A stretch of 53,446 bases of DNA. Origin: Promethearchaeota archaeon Loki_b32 (GTDB lineage Archaea; Asgardarchaeota; Lokiarchaeia; Sigyniarchaeales; SOKP01). Location: positions 1 through 53,446 of the forward strand of contig NJBH01000027.1 of NCBI GenBank assembly GCA_005223125.1, given 5' to 3'. The notes beneath the pieces were generated by a model that searched no databases, was not told where the DNA came from, and saw only the letters and a list, made by a program, of their open reading frames with translations. The position numbers and the translations under genes were made by a program. Of this stretch, positions 20,058 to 29,736 are shown one piece after another (the first letter of the stretch is position 1; each line of letters begins with the position of its first letter).

Positions 20058-20074
20058 GGAAAAGCTTTTATATA
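20058..20074 (+). promoter_or_regulatory. Putative BRE + TATA box for tfb
   Basis: GGAAAAGC followed by TTTATATA (20067-20074), about 200 nt upstream of the ATG. Confidence 0.5.
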
Positions 20075-20273
20075 GTGGAATAACAATTAGTGACATAACT
20101 CATAAATAGACATATTATATTTTAAAAAATATAATATTTATAATTTAGAACAAATAATAATTTATGCTAAACTGATCATTTGCATCACAGTACAAAAATG
20201 CGTTGATCAATATCCCATATTGGTTATTATTAATGCTGAAGATGAGTAATAATATAGTAAAAAGTGAACAGAA

Positions 20274-21203
20274 ATGAGCTATAAAGATAGATTACGTTCA
20301 ACCAAAACCGAGTCGGAAGAACTTAGCAGTAGTTCAGATGCTCAATGTTGCAGTAATCCTAGTATTGAATCAAGAGATGGCGATAATGTATGCTTGAATT
20401 GTGGTATGAGTTATGGACGCAATTTAGTTGGAAACGAGCGTAGAGCGTACACAATAGAAGAAGTGAATAAGAGGAGGCGCACTGAACCTCGTTGGAGGGA
20501 ATTTGGGCCACGGACAATGTTGCCTAATTCAAAAATCGATTCTAAAGGTCGACTTATAAATGCACGTGGTAAAACATTATTTTCAAGATTATCCAAAATT
20601 CAAAATTCATTAATTTCAAGTATAGAAAGAAATTTCTGGGAAGCAAAACCAAAACTCAAAATGCTAACCAGTAAAATGAATATACCTGAATACATTAAAG
20701 AAACAGCATGGAAGATTTATTCAGTAGTAGCAAAGAAGAAATTGACGATGGGGAGATCTATCGATGGTTTCATTGCTGCCGCGTTATATGCTGCAATTCG
20801 AGTCCATGAATTCCCAAGGTTACTTGAAGAAGTTTGTGAAGCCTCTATGACCCCAAGAAGAACTGTACATCGTTCATTAGGCATGATCGTTAAGGAAGTA
20901 TTGTCCGAACTTGGACTTAAGTATCGGCCTATCACGGCAGAGCAATTGGTATTTCGGTTCGGGAACGACCTCGGTTTACCAATGGAAACACAGAAACATG
21001 CAATTAATATGCTTGTTGAAGCTTCCAGAAACGGATTATTACGAACTGGTAAAGATCCTAAAGGTTTAGCCGCAAGTGTAATTTATATGGCAGCAAAAGC
21101 AGGAAATTGCCGAAAGACTCAAGCAGAAGTATCAGAAGTGGCAAAAGTCACAGAAGTGACATTGCGAAGTCGGTCTAAGCAAATAAGAAACAAATTATCA
21201 TAA
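20274..21203 (+). CDS. tfb: Transcription initiation factor IIB (TFB)
   Basis: Zinc ribbon CC..CLNCG, E.RAY B-reader, two cyclin repeats (GRSI..AALY; GKDP.GLAA..IY; TQAEV..VA.VTEVTLR). Confidence 0.95.
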   Translation: MSYKDRLRSTKTESEELSSSSDAQCCSNPSIESRDGDNVCLNCGMSYGRNLVGNERRAYTIEEVNKRRRTEPRWREFGPRTMLPNSKIDSKGRLINARGKTLFSRLSKIQNSLISSIERNFWEAKPKLKMLTSKMNIPEYIKETAWKIYSVVAKKKLTMGRSIDGFIAAALYAAIRVHEFPRLLEEVCEASMTPRRTVHRSLGMIVKEVLSELGLKYRPITAEQLVFRFGNDLGLPMETQKHAINMLVEASRNGLLRTGKDPKGLAASVIYMAAKAGNCRKTQAEVSEVAKVTEVTLRSRSKQIRNKLS

Positions 21204-21371
21204 AAAGCAAGTTGCAGTAAAGAGATAACCCAATTTCGAACGATTAGATTAATTTTTTTATTTTTTTCTTTTTCTTAATATTTTATTTTGATGTTCATGA
21301 ATTAACCTTATTAGTGGAATTTGATATTATTTTTATAGTAGGAACCTTAAAAAAGATAGATATGATAAGAA

Positions 21372-21851
21372 ATGAGTTGGCGAAATATATATGAAAAATT
21401 TGATGAAATGATCGCAAGATATAATATGGATGAGATTGATGATAGAAATTTCATTAATTTCTTGACAACTTTAAGTCGAATGTGTGAAAGTTTCTTAAAT
21501 GATGGAAAAGTAAACTATTATGAACTAATATTGACACCTGTATTGAATGGCTTAGAAAGTGATAATTGGGTTTTTAAAAATCAATCTAAAACAATCGTGA
21601 GAAGGGTAGGAACATATTTAGAACGGAGTGATTTTATGTTTTATCCTTTTGCTTTACATTTCTTAGAGAATGTCTATAATCATGGGGGAGAGACGTATAT
21701 GACTGACTATTTTAAAGTAATATCTAAGAAATTAAAAGTCAAATATGGGAAAAAGATAACAGAAGAATATCGTTTTTTAAGCGGTTCCGATAAATATTAT
21801 AAGAAGAATAAAATTAATTATAAGGATGAGTACATTTTTCGGGAATTTTAA
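21372..21851 (+). CDS. Hypothetical protein
   Basis: 159-aa ORF with genome-typical composition; no motif recognised. Confidence 0.6.
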   Translation: MSWRNIYEKFDEMIARYNMDEIDDRNFINFLTTLSRMCESFLNDGKVNYYELILTPVLNGLESDNWVFKNQSKTIVRRVGTYLERSDFMFYPFALHFLENVYNHGGETYMTDYFKVISKKLKVKYGKKITEEYRFLSGSDKYYKKNKINYKDEYIFREF

Positions 21852-21943
21852 TAATTGGTTATTTATTAGGAGGAATTTTGTCCGCGTTTCTTTAGGAGAA
21901 AAATAACATTATATAGGAGTATTTTTATCTTTTTTTTAGACGA

Positions 21944-22684
21944 ATGAGCTATATAGAAAAAAAATATCGGCTTAAGATCAATGAAATTTTCGAAGATTTA
22001 CCAATTTTAGAAAATTATTTAATTGAACTGTTGAACAGAAATTCTATCAAAGTTATTAATGAGATAGCTAGCGTTTGCGCTAAATTTAATAAGAGTATTA
22101 ATCTAATTCTTAAAAAGTATTATCCTGAAATAAAAGAAATGAAAGATAAACTAGAAATAAAATCATTCTTAAAATTCTATTATGAATTGATTGCTAAGTT
22201 GACAGATTTAGTTAGAAACATAATAAACTTTCAAAAAATTGATCCAGAATACTATGATAAGTTAATTGAGTTCATAGATAATAAGGAAACGTTAATTAAT
22301 GGAAAATATAAAACCATATGTACTAAAGAATTAACTGCTTTTTATGATCCAACCTCACGTGCAAATTTAGAGAAAATAATATCAGAAAAATTCTTGATGA
22401 AAAGTAAGCAATATTTTACAATTGGTTCATTAGAGGAAGAAATAAAGAAAATTGCTAAAATTGCTGGTGCCAATCAAGTATTAATATTACCCGTTGAGGA
22501 ATCATATAGAAAGGAATTGGAATCAGCAGAGTCTATAATTAGTTACACAGTTTTGGATGATAAAGATAAAAAGATTCTCCATAAAATTGGAACAGAACTT
22601 AAGCAATATTTAGAGTCAAAAAATTATAATGTAGTAGTTAAACCAAGTTTTATAATTACTAATGCAAAACTATTTTCTGATTAA
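21944..22684 (+). CDS. Hypothetical protein
   Basis: 246-aa ORF upstream of proS; no motif recognised. Confidence 0.65.
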   Translation: MSYIEKKYRLKINEIFEDLPILENYLIELLNRNSIKVINEIASVCAKFNKSINLILKKYYPEIKEMKDKLEIKSFLKFYYELIAKLTDLVRNIINFQKIDPEYYDKLIEFIDNKETLINGKYKTICTKELTAFYDPTSRANLEKIISEKFLMKSKQYFTIGSLEEEIKKIAKIAGANQVLILPVEESYRKELESAESIISYTVLDDKDKKILHKIGTELKQYLESKNYNVVVKPSFIITNAKLFSD

Positions 22685-22773
22685 AATTAATAAGATGTCT
22701 TGAATAAGTCTTAAAATAAGAAGTATTCTCATAAAGTATATAATTTTTGAATTATTATATTTGATGATTTTCT

Positions 22774-24249
22774 ATGGCAAAAAAGAAAAAGGAAGCACCT
22801 ATAACGGGAATAACAGTTTCAAAAGAAGAAGATTTTTCAGCTTGGTATACTGAATTAATTAATAAAGCAGAGTTAGCGGATATAAGGTATAATGTAAAAG
22901 GTTTTGTTGTTTATAGAGAATGGGCTACAATTACAATAAAGAAAATGTATGCAAAGTATGAAGAATTATTAGAAAAGAATGGTCATTTGCCGCTTATTAT
23001 GCCATCTCTTATACCTGAATCAAATTTTCTTTTAGAATCGCAACACGTGGAGGGTTTTGCTCCTGAAGTATTTTGGGTTACTGAAGCAGGTAGCTCCGGT
23101 GAATTAACTGAGAGACTAGCTTTACGTCCCACAAGTGAAACTGCTTTATATAAAATGTATCCATTATGGATTCGAAGTTATAAAGATCTGCCATTTAAAA
23201 GGTACCTATCGTGTCAAGTTTGGCGATATGAAACAAAAATGACAAGACCTTTTTTTAGAGGAAGAGAATTTCATTGGATTGAGTCTCATAATGTTTTCTC
23301 TACAATGGAAGGCGCAATGGATCAAGTTAAAGAAGATATGGAAATGACGTATCAAATGCTTCAAGATGAATTTGGAATACCAATAATCTTTTTTGAAAGA
23401 CCACAGTGGGATAAATTTGCTGGAGCAGTCTCTACATACGCAGCAGATGCCCTAATGGGTTCAGGAAAAGTGCTTCAGCAACCTTCAACACATCTTCTTG
23501 GCCAAAACTTTTCAAAACCTTTTAATATAAAGTTTATTGATAAAGATGGCAAAGAAAAGTATGGTTATCAAACTTGCTATGGCCCTGCAATAAGTAGAAT
23601 CTATGGCGCAATGATTGCATATCTAGGTGATGATAAAGGATTAATTCTCCCTTTCGATATAGCACCTGTTCAAATAGCTATTATTCCAATTCTCTATAAG
23701 GGAAAAGAAGAACAAGTCTTAGAAAAAAGTCGTGAAGTATTTGAAAAATTAAAGAAAAAATATATTGTTAAGATCGATGGTTCTGATGAATCAGTTGGAA
23801 GTAAATTTTATTATTGGGAATTGAAAGGGGTTCCATTAAGAATTGAGATCGGACCAAAAGACGTAGAAAATCAGCAATTAGTTATCGTCAAGAGACATGA
23901 TGGAAAGAAGTTTACCATCAAAGAAGATGATTTAATAAATAAAGTTGATGAACTTGCTCAAAACTATACCAAAGAGATAAAAGAGAAATCTTTGGTTGAT
24001 TTCGAAGCTCAAATCGAGATTACTTATGAAAAAGATGCCGCAATTGAAGCAATTAACAATGGTAAAATTGTTTGTTGTGGTTTTTGCTCAATTGACATGG
24101 ATGCTTACCAATGTGCAGAAGTGGTTGAAAAAGAAACCGGAGGAGAAGTTCGTGGAAAACGAGTTGATGAAGAAAAACATGAATTCACCACTTGTCTGAT
24201 ATGTGGAAAGCCTGCTGGATGTACTGTTTATATCGCTAAAAGTTATTAA
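22774..24249 (+). CDS. proS: Prolyl-tRNA synthetase, archaeal/eukaryotic type
   Basis: DFSAWY, HVEGFAPE, RPTSET, RGREF.W.E, HLLGQNFS, KGVPLRIEIGP, C-terminal AKSY. Confidence 0.97.
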   Translation: MAKKKKEAPITGITVSKEEDFSAWYTELINKAELADIRYNVKGFVVYREWATITIKKMYAKYEELLEKNGHLPLIMPSLIPESNFLLESQHVEGFAPEVFWVTEAGSSGELTERLALRPTSETALYKMYPLWIRSYKDLPFKRYLSCQVWRYETKMTRPFFRGREFHWIESHNVFSTMEGAMDQVKEDMEMTYQMLQDEFGIPIIFFERPQWDKFAGAVSTYAADALMGSGKVLQQPSTHLLGQNFSKPFNIKFIDKDGKEKYGYQTCYGPAISRIYGAMIAYLGDDKGLILPFDIAPVQIAIIPILYKGKEEQVLEKSREVFEKLKKKYIVKIDGSDESVGSKFYYWELKGVPLRIEIGPKDVENQQLVIVKRHDGKKFTIKEDDLINKVDELAQNYTKEIKEKSLVDFEAQIEITYEKDAAIEAINNGKIVCCGFCSIDMDAYQCAEVVEKETGGEVRGKRVDEEKHEFTTCLICGKPAGCTVYIAKSY

Positions 24250-24377
24250 TGAAAATTAATCATCAATACCTATTTGTAACAAACTAATTATACAGTAATC
24301 AATAATAATTAGTTTTGTATTTTAGCTTTCTAATTACTAAAGCTAGTATTAAATTCTATCAAAGACTAGAAAATAAT

Positions 24378-24554
24378 ATGGCAACTAAAGATAAAGTTTT
24401 AAACGTTTTTAAAAATACTGATAAGCCTTTACGCCCTGGTGAAATTGCTGAACAAACAGGTATTGAATCAAAGGAAGTATCTAAAATCATAAAAGAATTA
24501 CGTGAAGAAGGAACAGTTTTTTCTCCTAAACGATGCTATTATGCATTAAAATAA
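24378..24554 (+). CDS. Small winged-HTH protein
   Basis: PLRPGEIAEQTG...EVSKII..L..EG.V.SPKRCYY; ATG at 24378 preferred over the track's upstream TTG. Confidence 0.8.
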   Translation: MATKDKVLNVFKNTDKPLRPGEIAEQTGIESKEVSKIIKELREEGTVFSPKRCYYALK

Positions 24555-24670
24555 AGGTTTATTATCATTTCACTTTATTTTTAATTTAATCCTTTTTATA
24601 ACATTATAATAGTGAGTTTATCTTTTGTAGTATCATATTTTATATTAAAAAAAAGAAAAATATTGGGGCT

Positions 24671-24835
24671 TCAATGAGAATAATGAAGTGGCGTAAATTT
24701 TTCTTCATGTTCTTTAATAAATTTAGTTTCTGTATTAATGTAACCGCAATTCTCACATTTTACAGTTTTTGGCGGGAAATAGTTCAAGACTTTAGGTAGT
24801 TTCATTGAAGCACAATTAGGACAATAATAATACAT
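24671..24835 (-). CDS. 54-aa zinc-ribbon microprotein (absent from ORF track)
   Basis: Manual translation MYYYCPNCASMKLPKVLNYFPPKTVKCENCGYINTETKFIKEHEEKFTPLHYSH; CPxC + CxxCG. Confidence 0.75.
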   Translation of the reverse strand: MYYYCPNCASMKLPKVLNYFPPKTVKCENCGYINTETKFIKEHEEKFTPLHYSH

Positions 24836-25040
24836 TTTTTATAACCCTTTGATTCAAACTATTATTATCTTAACTTAATGTTTTTAAATACCATTAAAAA
24901 GTCCTATAATTTAATAATGAAGGAAATCTCAGCAAGGTCTTATTTTGCACATGTAGTTTTAATTGAAGTATATAATAATCCGAAAATTTAATTGATAAAA
25001 ATTCTTTTACTTTTTAAAATTGCTGAATGATTGATTTTTA

Positions 25041-25943
25041 ATGGAAGAATTTGTTCAACATATTTCTGAAGAGTTTAAGAATATCTTTTTTATAAAAGGA
25101 GCAAATAATGGAAGATATCCCTTTTCCCACTCTTTGCTTATTGATGATTTTTTGATTGATACAGGGATTTCAAGCAGACTTTTGAGAAAATTAAAGCGAA
25201 ATTTTCAATTAAAAAATATATTACTGAGTCATTGGCACGAAGATCATATATCTGGAAATAGATTGCTCCCATCAGCAAAATTCTATATTCATACTAATGA
25301 TAAAATGCTGGTTCAAAACGTTGATAGATTTGATGAGTTTTATGGTGTTTCAAATACTCCAGCTGCTAATGAGTTTGAATGGCTAATGGATAGCTTAAAA
25401 CTGATTAATACGAAAATAGAAAGAGTTTATAAAGATAAAGAAACTGTGTCTGTTGGAGATGATTATCAAATAGAAATTATACATACACCAGGACATACAG
25501 CAGGACATTGCGCGTTTATAGAACTTAATTCTAAAATTGCATTTTTAGCTGATATTGATCTAACTAAATTTGTATTCTATGCGGGAAATGATTCAAATCT
25601 TATTCAGTTCGAAGAATCTATCGAAAAATTAAAGCAAATTGACATGGAAATAGCGGTTACTGGACATCGAGGAGTAATTAGAGGAGAAAAGAACATAAAA
25701 AAAGAATTAGATGACTATAAATCAATTATACATAAGAGAGATGAAAGAGTTCTATCATATCTCTCCAATTCTAAACCTATCTTTTTAGATGATTTAAAGG
25801 GGAAAAATCTAATATATAAGTACTATAGTGAATTCAAGCAGTATGAGATTATCGCTGAATTGATAATGATTCAAAAACATTTCGATAAATTTCTTGAAAA
25901 AAAACTAGTTATAACAAAAAATAATGGCTTTATCTTGAATTAA
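25041..25943 (+). CDS. Metallo-beta-lactamase-fold hydrolase
   Basis: IDTG, SHWHEDH, TPGHT.GH, LAD, TGH motifs. Confidence 0.9.
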   Translation: MEEFVQHISEEFKNIFFIKGANNGRYPFSHSLLIDDFLIDTGISSRLLRKLKRNFQLKNILLSHWHEDHISGNRLLPSAKFYIHTNDKMLVQNVDRFDEFYGVSNTPAANEFEWLMDSLKLINTKIERVYKDKETVSVGDDYQIEIIHTPGHTAGHCAFIELNSKIAFLADIDLTKFVFYAGNDSNLIQFEESIEKLKQIDMEIAVTGHRGVIRGEKNIKKELDDYKSIIHKRDERVLSYLSNSKPIFLDDLKGKNLIYKYYSEFKQYEIIAELIMIQKHFDKFLEKKLVITKNNGFILN

Positions 25944-26032
25944 TAATAATAAAAAAATAGTTTTTATTCGAATATAGAATAATTGGATAAGAGATCTAAT
26001 AACTTTTTTTTATATATATTATTTATAAAACT

Positions 26033-27328
26033 ATGGAATTAGGGAAACCGGTATTATTTTATTTCTATCCTAATTTGGAGAAAAAAATTCCATGGATTCC
26101 ATTGCTAATGGGCTTACCAACTAATTTAGATAGGCTTACAGAATTAGAAAACGAATTTGATTTAAAAGGTGGAGAAATTTATATCAAACGTGATGACAAA
26201 ATTCATCATATCTATGGGGGAAATAAACTAAGAAAATTTGAATTTATTTTTGGAAAAGTTAAAAAAAAAAAGAAAAAAGGAGTTTTAACAACGGGAGGTA
26301 TTGGAACCAATCACGGGTTAGCTTGTGCTATTATTTGTCACGAATTAAGTCCAACTTTAAAATGCCAGCTTTATCTTTTTCATCAACCGTTAACTTGGCA
26401 TGTTCAACGTTCATTATTGTTATTTAATTATTTTGGAGCGAAGATTCATCTTGGTAAGGGAGATGTTGGTACTTTTATTAAAAGTTTATTTTTCAAAGTA
26501 CTACATCCAAGATATTTTTGGATGTTTCCAGGAGGATCACCATTATTCGGGATTGGGTCTTCTCTTGGGACTTTTGGATTTGTGAACGCTGCATTTGAGT
26601 TAAAAAAACAAATTGATCAGAAATTTGTTCCTGAACCTGATGCCATTTTTATAGCTGGAGGATCAGTGGGAACTGCAGCGGGACTTATTGCAGGTTGTAA
26701 GTTATTAGGTTTAAAATCAAAAGTTCATGTTGTAGCGGTTTATACTAGTTTAACATCAAATCCATCAGCAGTTATGAAGAATGCTAATAAAGCAATTAAA
26801 TTCTTAAGAAAAAGGGATAAATCAATTCCTAATATAAAAGTTAACGAAGATGACTTTGTTTTTATTACTGGTTATTTAGGATCTGGTTATGGTATTAAAA
26901 CATCAAGGGGTCAAAATGCTGTTGATAGAGTATTTGAATTAGAAGGACATAAAAAAGGTTTTAAACTTGAAACCACATATACAGGAAAAGCAATGGCTGC
27001 ATTATTCGATTATTTAAAACAAGAAGAGAATAAAAATAAGACAATCCTATTTTGGAATACTTATAATTCTAATGATTTGGATAAATATCTTAAGGAAACT
27101 GATTTTCAATATAAAAAGCTACCAAAAAAATTTCATAAATTCTACGAGGAAAGTAAATTTCAATGCTGGCAAATCACAAATTGCCCACAAGATATAAAAA
27201 AAAGTTGTCCTGCGTATTTAAACCATGAATATAGGTTTTGGAAATTTACAGATTGTATGCTTGATGAACAAAAACAAAGGAAAGCTTTGGAAGAATTAAA
27301 AAACGTAATAAAATTAGAAGATGCTTAA
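26033..27328 (+). CDS. D-cysteine desulfhydrase/ACC deaminase-family PLP enzyme with Cys-rich tail
   Basis: IKRDD, GGNKLRK, TNHG, GS.GTAAG, LETTYTGK, FWNT; tail CWQITNC...CPAY. Confidence 0.87.
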   Translation: MELGKPVLFYFYPNLEKKIPWIPLLMGLPTNLDRLTELENEFDLKGGEIYIKRDDKIHHIYGGNKLRKFEFIFGKVKKKKKKGVLTTGGIGTNHGLACAIICHELSPTLKCQLYLFHQPLTWHVQRSLLLFNYFGAKIHLGKGDVGTFIKSLFFKVLHPRYFWMFPGGSPLFGIGSSLGTFGFVNAAFELKKQIDQKFVPEPDAIFIAGGSVGTAAGLIAGCKLLGLKSKVHVVAVYTSLTSNPSAVMKNANKAIKFLRKRDKSIPNIKVNEDDFVFITGYLGSGYGIKTSRGQNAVDRVFELEGHKKGFKLETTYTGKAMAALFDYLKQEENKNKTILFWNTYNSNDLDKYLKETDFQYKKLPKKFHKFYEESKFQCWQITNCPQDIKKSCPAYLNHEYRFWKFTDCMLDEQKQRKALEELKNVIKLEDA

Positions 27329-27415
27329 TATTAATTTTTTTTCGAGACTGGGACATTTGGTTAATAATGCGTTATTTTAAATAATATTTCATCATTACAA
27401 ATTATTAAGCTAAAA

Positions 27416-27967
27416 ATGTCTTTAATCCCTAAGAAAATCTTTTTTGTAAAAGGAAAAGGTTTTTCCTCAAATTCAAAATTACGTTCATTTGAAGAAGCGT
27501 TAAGAGACGCGGGTATTGAAAAATTTAACCTTGTAAAGGTTTCATCAATTATACCCCCACATTGCAAGGAAGTGATGAAATCGAAGGGATTAAAACACCT
27601 TGAAACAGGTCAAGTTGTGTATTCTGTTTTAAGTAAAATTAGTTCTAATAATAGAGATGACCTAATCTGCGCTTCAATAGGAGTAGCCAAGCCTGCCAAC
27701 GAAGAGTTTTATGGTTATTTAAGTGAACATCACTCTATTGATATTAAACCGGAAAAATTAGGGGAAATCTCAGAAGGATTGGCTGCTGAAATGCTTGCAA
27801 CAACACTCGGAATCCCTTTTAATTCTGAATCTGATTATGCTAAGAAGAAAGAAATATTGAGCATTGATGGGAAAATAATTGAAACAAAAAATATTACAGA
27901 ATCTACAACAGTTAAAAAAGATGATGAATGGGCAACTGTTTTAGCAGCCGCAATATTTATTTTATAA
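27416..27967 (+). CDS. pdaD: Pyruvoyl-dependent arginine decarboxylase
   Basis: SFE.ALRDAGI..FNLV.VS-SIIPP cleavage motif; YGYLSEHH; MLATTLG. Confidence 0.92.
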   Translation: MSLIPKKIFFVKGKGFSSNSKLRSFEEALRDAGIEKFNLVKVSSIIPPHCKEVMKSKGLKHLETGQVVYSVLSKISSNNRDDLICASIGVAKPANEEFYGYLSEHHSIDIKPEKLGEISEGLAAEMLATTLGIPFNSESDYAKKKEILSIDGKIIETKNITESTTVKKDDEWATVLAAAIFIL

Positions 27968-27975
27968 AAAAAGAT

Positions 27976-29568
27976 TCAATTAATTTTCTTAAAATATTTA
28001 ATGTTAATATTTTGAAAGCAGGAATCAATTGATTCAATTTCTTCTAAAGTTTCTAAGGTTATTCTCTTATTATCATTAAAATCTTTAGCTGCCCAAATTA
28101 ATTTGTTAAATCGCTGATGGTGATGATGAAATCTTTGGTTTGCATACTCTTTTGCCTGTTTTGTGTATAGAAGAAAGGGCCAATCACTACCTTCCATCAA
28201 TAAGAGTTCACGTGCAATTTGCTTAAGAATCCTTACTTCCCAATTATTGGGATGTGGATTAATTTCTAATACATTTTCAAATTCTTTTACTGAACCATTA
28301 ATATAAGACCAAATCCAACCATGTTCTGGATTTTTCCATACTTGAAAATGACCTCCTTCTCCCCAACTACTTTCTCCCATTTTGATTATAGAAAAATCAT
28401 CCTTAACTTTCGAAATATAGTCAGAAATAGCGATCATTTCAATATCACTATGGTTATGGATCAATTCGAAGATTTTCTTTAACCATAATATCCCCTCCAT
28501 CCACCAATGACCATAAAGCTCAAAATCGTAAGGAGAAACAATAATCCCATTTATTTTGAATTTTTCTGAAAATTGTTTTAATTCTTCATTAACTAAGGAA
28601 ACAAAGTGATTTGCATGAGAATTAACAATTGCTCCTGCCTTTTCAATGTCATAAAATTGCTTTTCACTTTTTCCTAGATCTTTATTAGTGATTCTCCAAT
28701 AGTGTAATCCTGATTCATGATCTTTTCTATGAAATTCCCTATAATATTCATTTCCAGGATATCCTATTTTTGAATCCCACACTTGTCTACTTGTCTTTTT
28801 ATTTCTACCAAATACAGAAAGTTTCGTTTCTAGTGTATATCCAAAATTAGTATTCAATCCAATATCGTTTTTCTGCTCTAAGATTTCAGCATTTAAAATT
28901 CCATGAGAATCAACAAAAAAGTATTTAATTCCAGAATTATTTAACCAATAATCAATACTTTCTCGTAGTTTGCTATTTTTAAATTCTTTAGGTCGGTAAG
29001 CACATTCGGGAAGCCAGATACCTTTTGGTTCTTTTTGGAAGTGCTCCTTATGAGTTTCTACAGCTACTTGAATTTGTGAAAAAATTCCAGAATCACTCTC
29101 AAAAAGGGGTAAAAATCCATGTGTTGCGCCACATGTTATTAATTCAATCATCCCTTCATCTTGGAGCCATTTAAATGAACCTAATAAATCTCTATAATAA
29201 TTATGATAATATGAATCTAATACATGCTCAAGATTCTTTAAATAAAATTCTGCTATGTTCTTTCTGACTTGATGGTTTTCAAATCTCTTAACATCATTTT
29301 TAGTTCTTATTATTAGACTTTCCATATATTCCGTAAATCTCTGTTTCATGTAGTCATCTGCTAATTGTTCAGCTAATATTGGTGTTATATTAATAGTAAT
29401 TGCGGTTTTGATTTTCTTCTCTTTTAATTCTCTTAATACATTTAATAATGGAATATATGTTTCATTCATTGCTTCCATGAGCCATTCTTCCCCTGCAGGC
29501 CAAGTTCCCGACTTTTTACACCACGGAATATGCCCATGTAGAACTAAACCAAAATATCCAATAGTCAT
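27976..29568 (-). CDS. GH57 1,4-alpha-glucan branching enzyme
   Basis: LHGHIPW, ETYIP, THGFLP, WLPECAY, PYDFELYGHWW.EG, SDWPF. Confidence 0.92.
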   Translation of the reverse strand: MTIGYFGLVLHGHIPWCKKSGTWPAGEEWLMEAMNETYIPLLNVLRELKEKKIKTAITINITPILAEQLADDYMKQRFTEYMESLIIRTKNDVKRFENHQVRKNIAEFYLKNLEHVLDSYYHNYYRDLLGSFKWLQDEGMIELITCGATHGFLPLFESDSGIFSQIQVAVETHKEHFQKEPKGIWLPECAYRPKEFKNSKLRESIDYWLNNSGIKYFFVDSHGILNAEILEQKNDIGLNTNFGYTLETKLSVFGRNKKTSRQVWDSKIGYPGNEYYREFHRKDHESGLHYWRITNKDLGKSEKQFYDIEKAGAIVNSHANHFVSLVNEELKQFSEKFKINGIIVSPYDFELYGHWWMEGILWLKKIFELIHNHSDIEMIAISDYISKVKDDFSIIKMGESSWGEGGHFQVWKNPEHGWIWSYINGSVKEFENVLEINPHPNNWEVRILKQIARELLLMEGSDWPFLLYTKQAKEYANQRFHHHHQRFNKLIWAAKDFNDNKRITLETLEEIESIDSCFQNINIKYFKKIN

Positions 29569-29736
29569 TTTCAGAAAAATTAAATATTTTATTTATAACA
29601 ATGTCTTTTATGACATTTATATTCCAATGGATTAATGATAAGGATTAATGTAATAAAACTTTAGGTTATGCTAAATCTATTTTTAATAACTAATATTATT
29701 TGATTATAACACAAACTTAAATTTTGTTATAGAACA

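Noticed and set aside
24315-24377. N-terminal extension of the small wHTH protein
   Set aside because: The recognisable domain begins at ATG 24378; the extension looks like AT-rich promoter sequence
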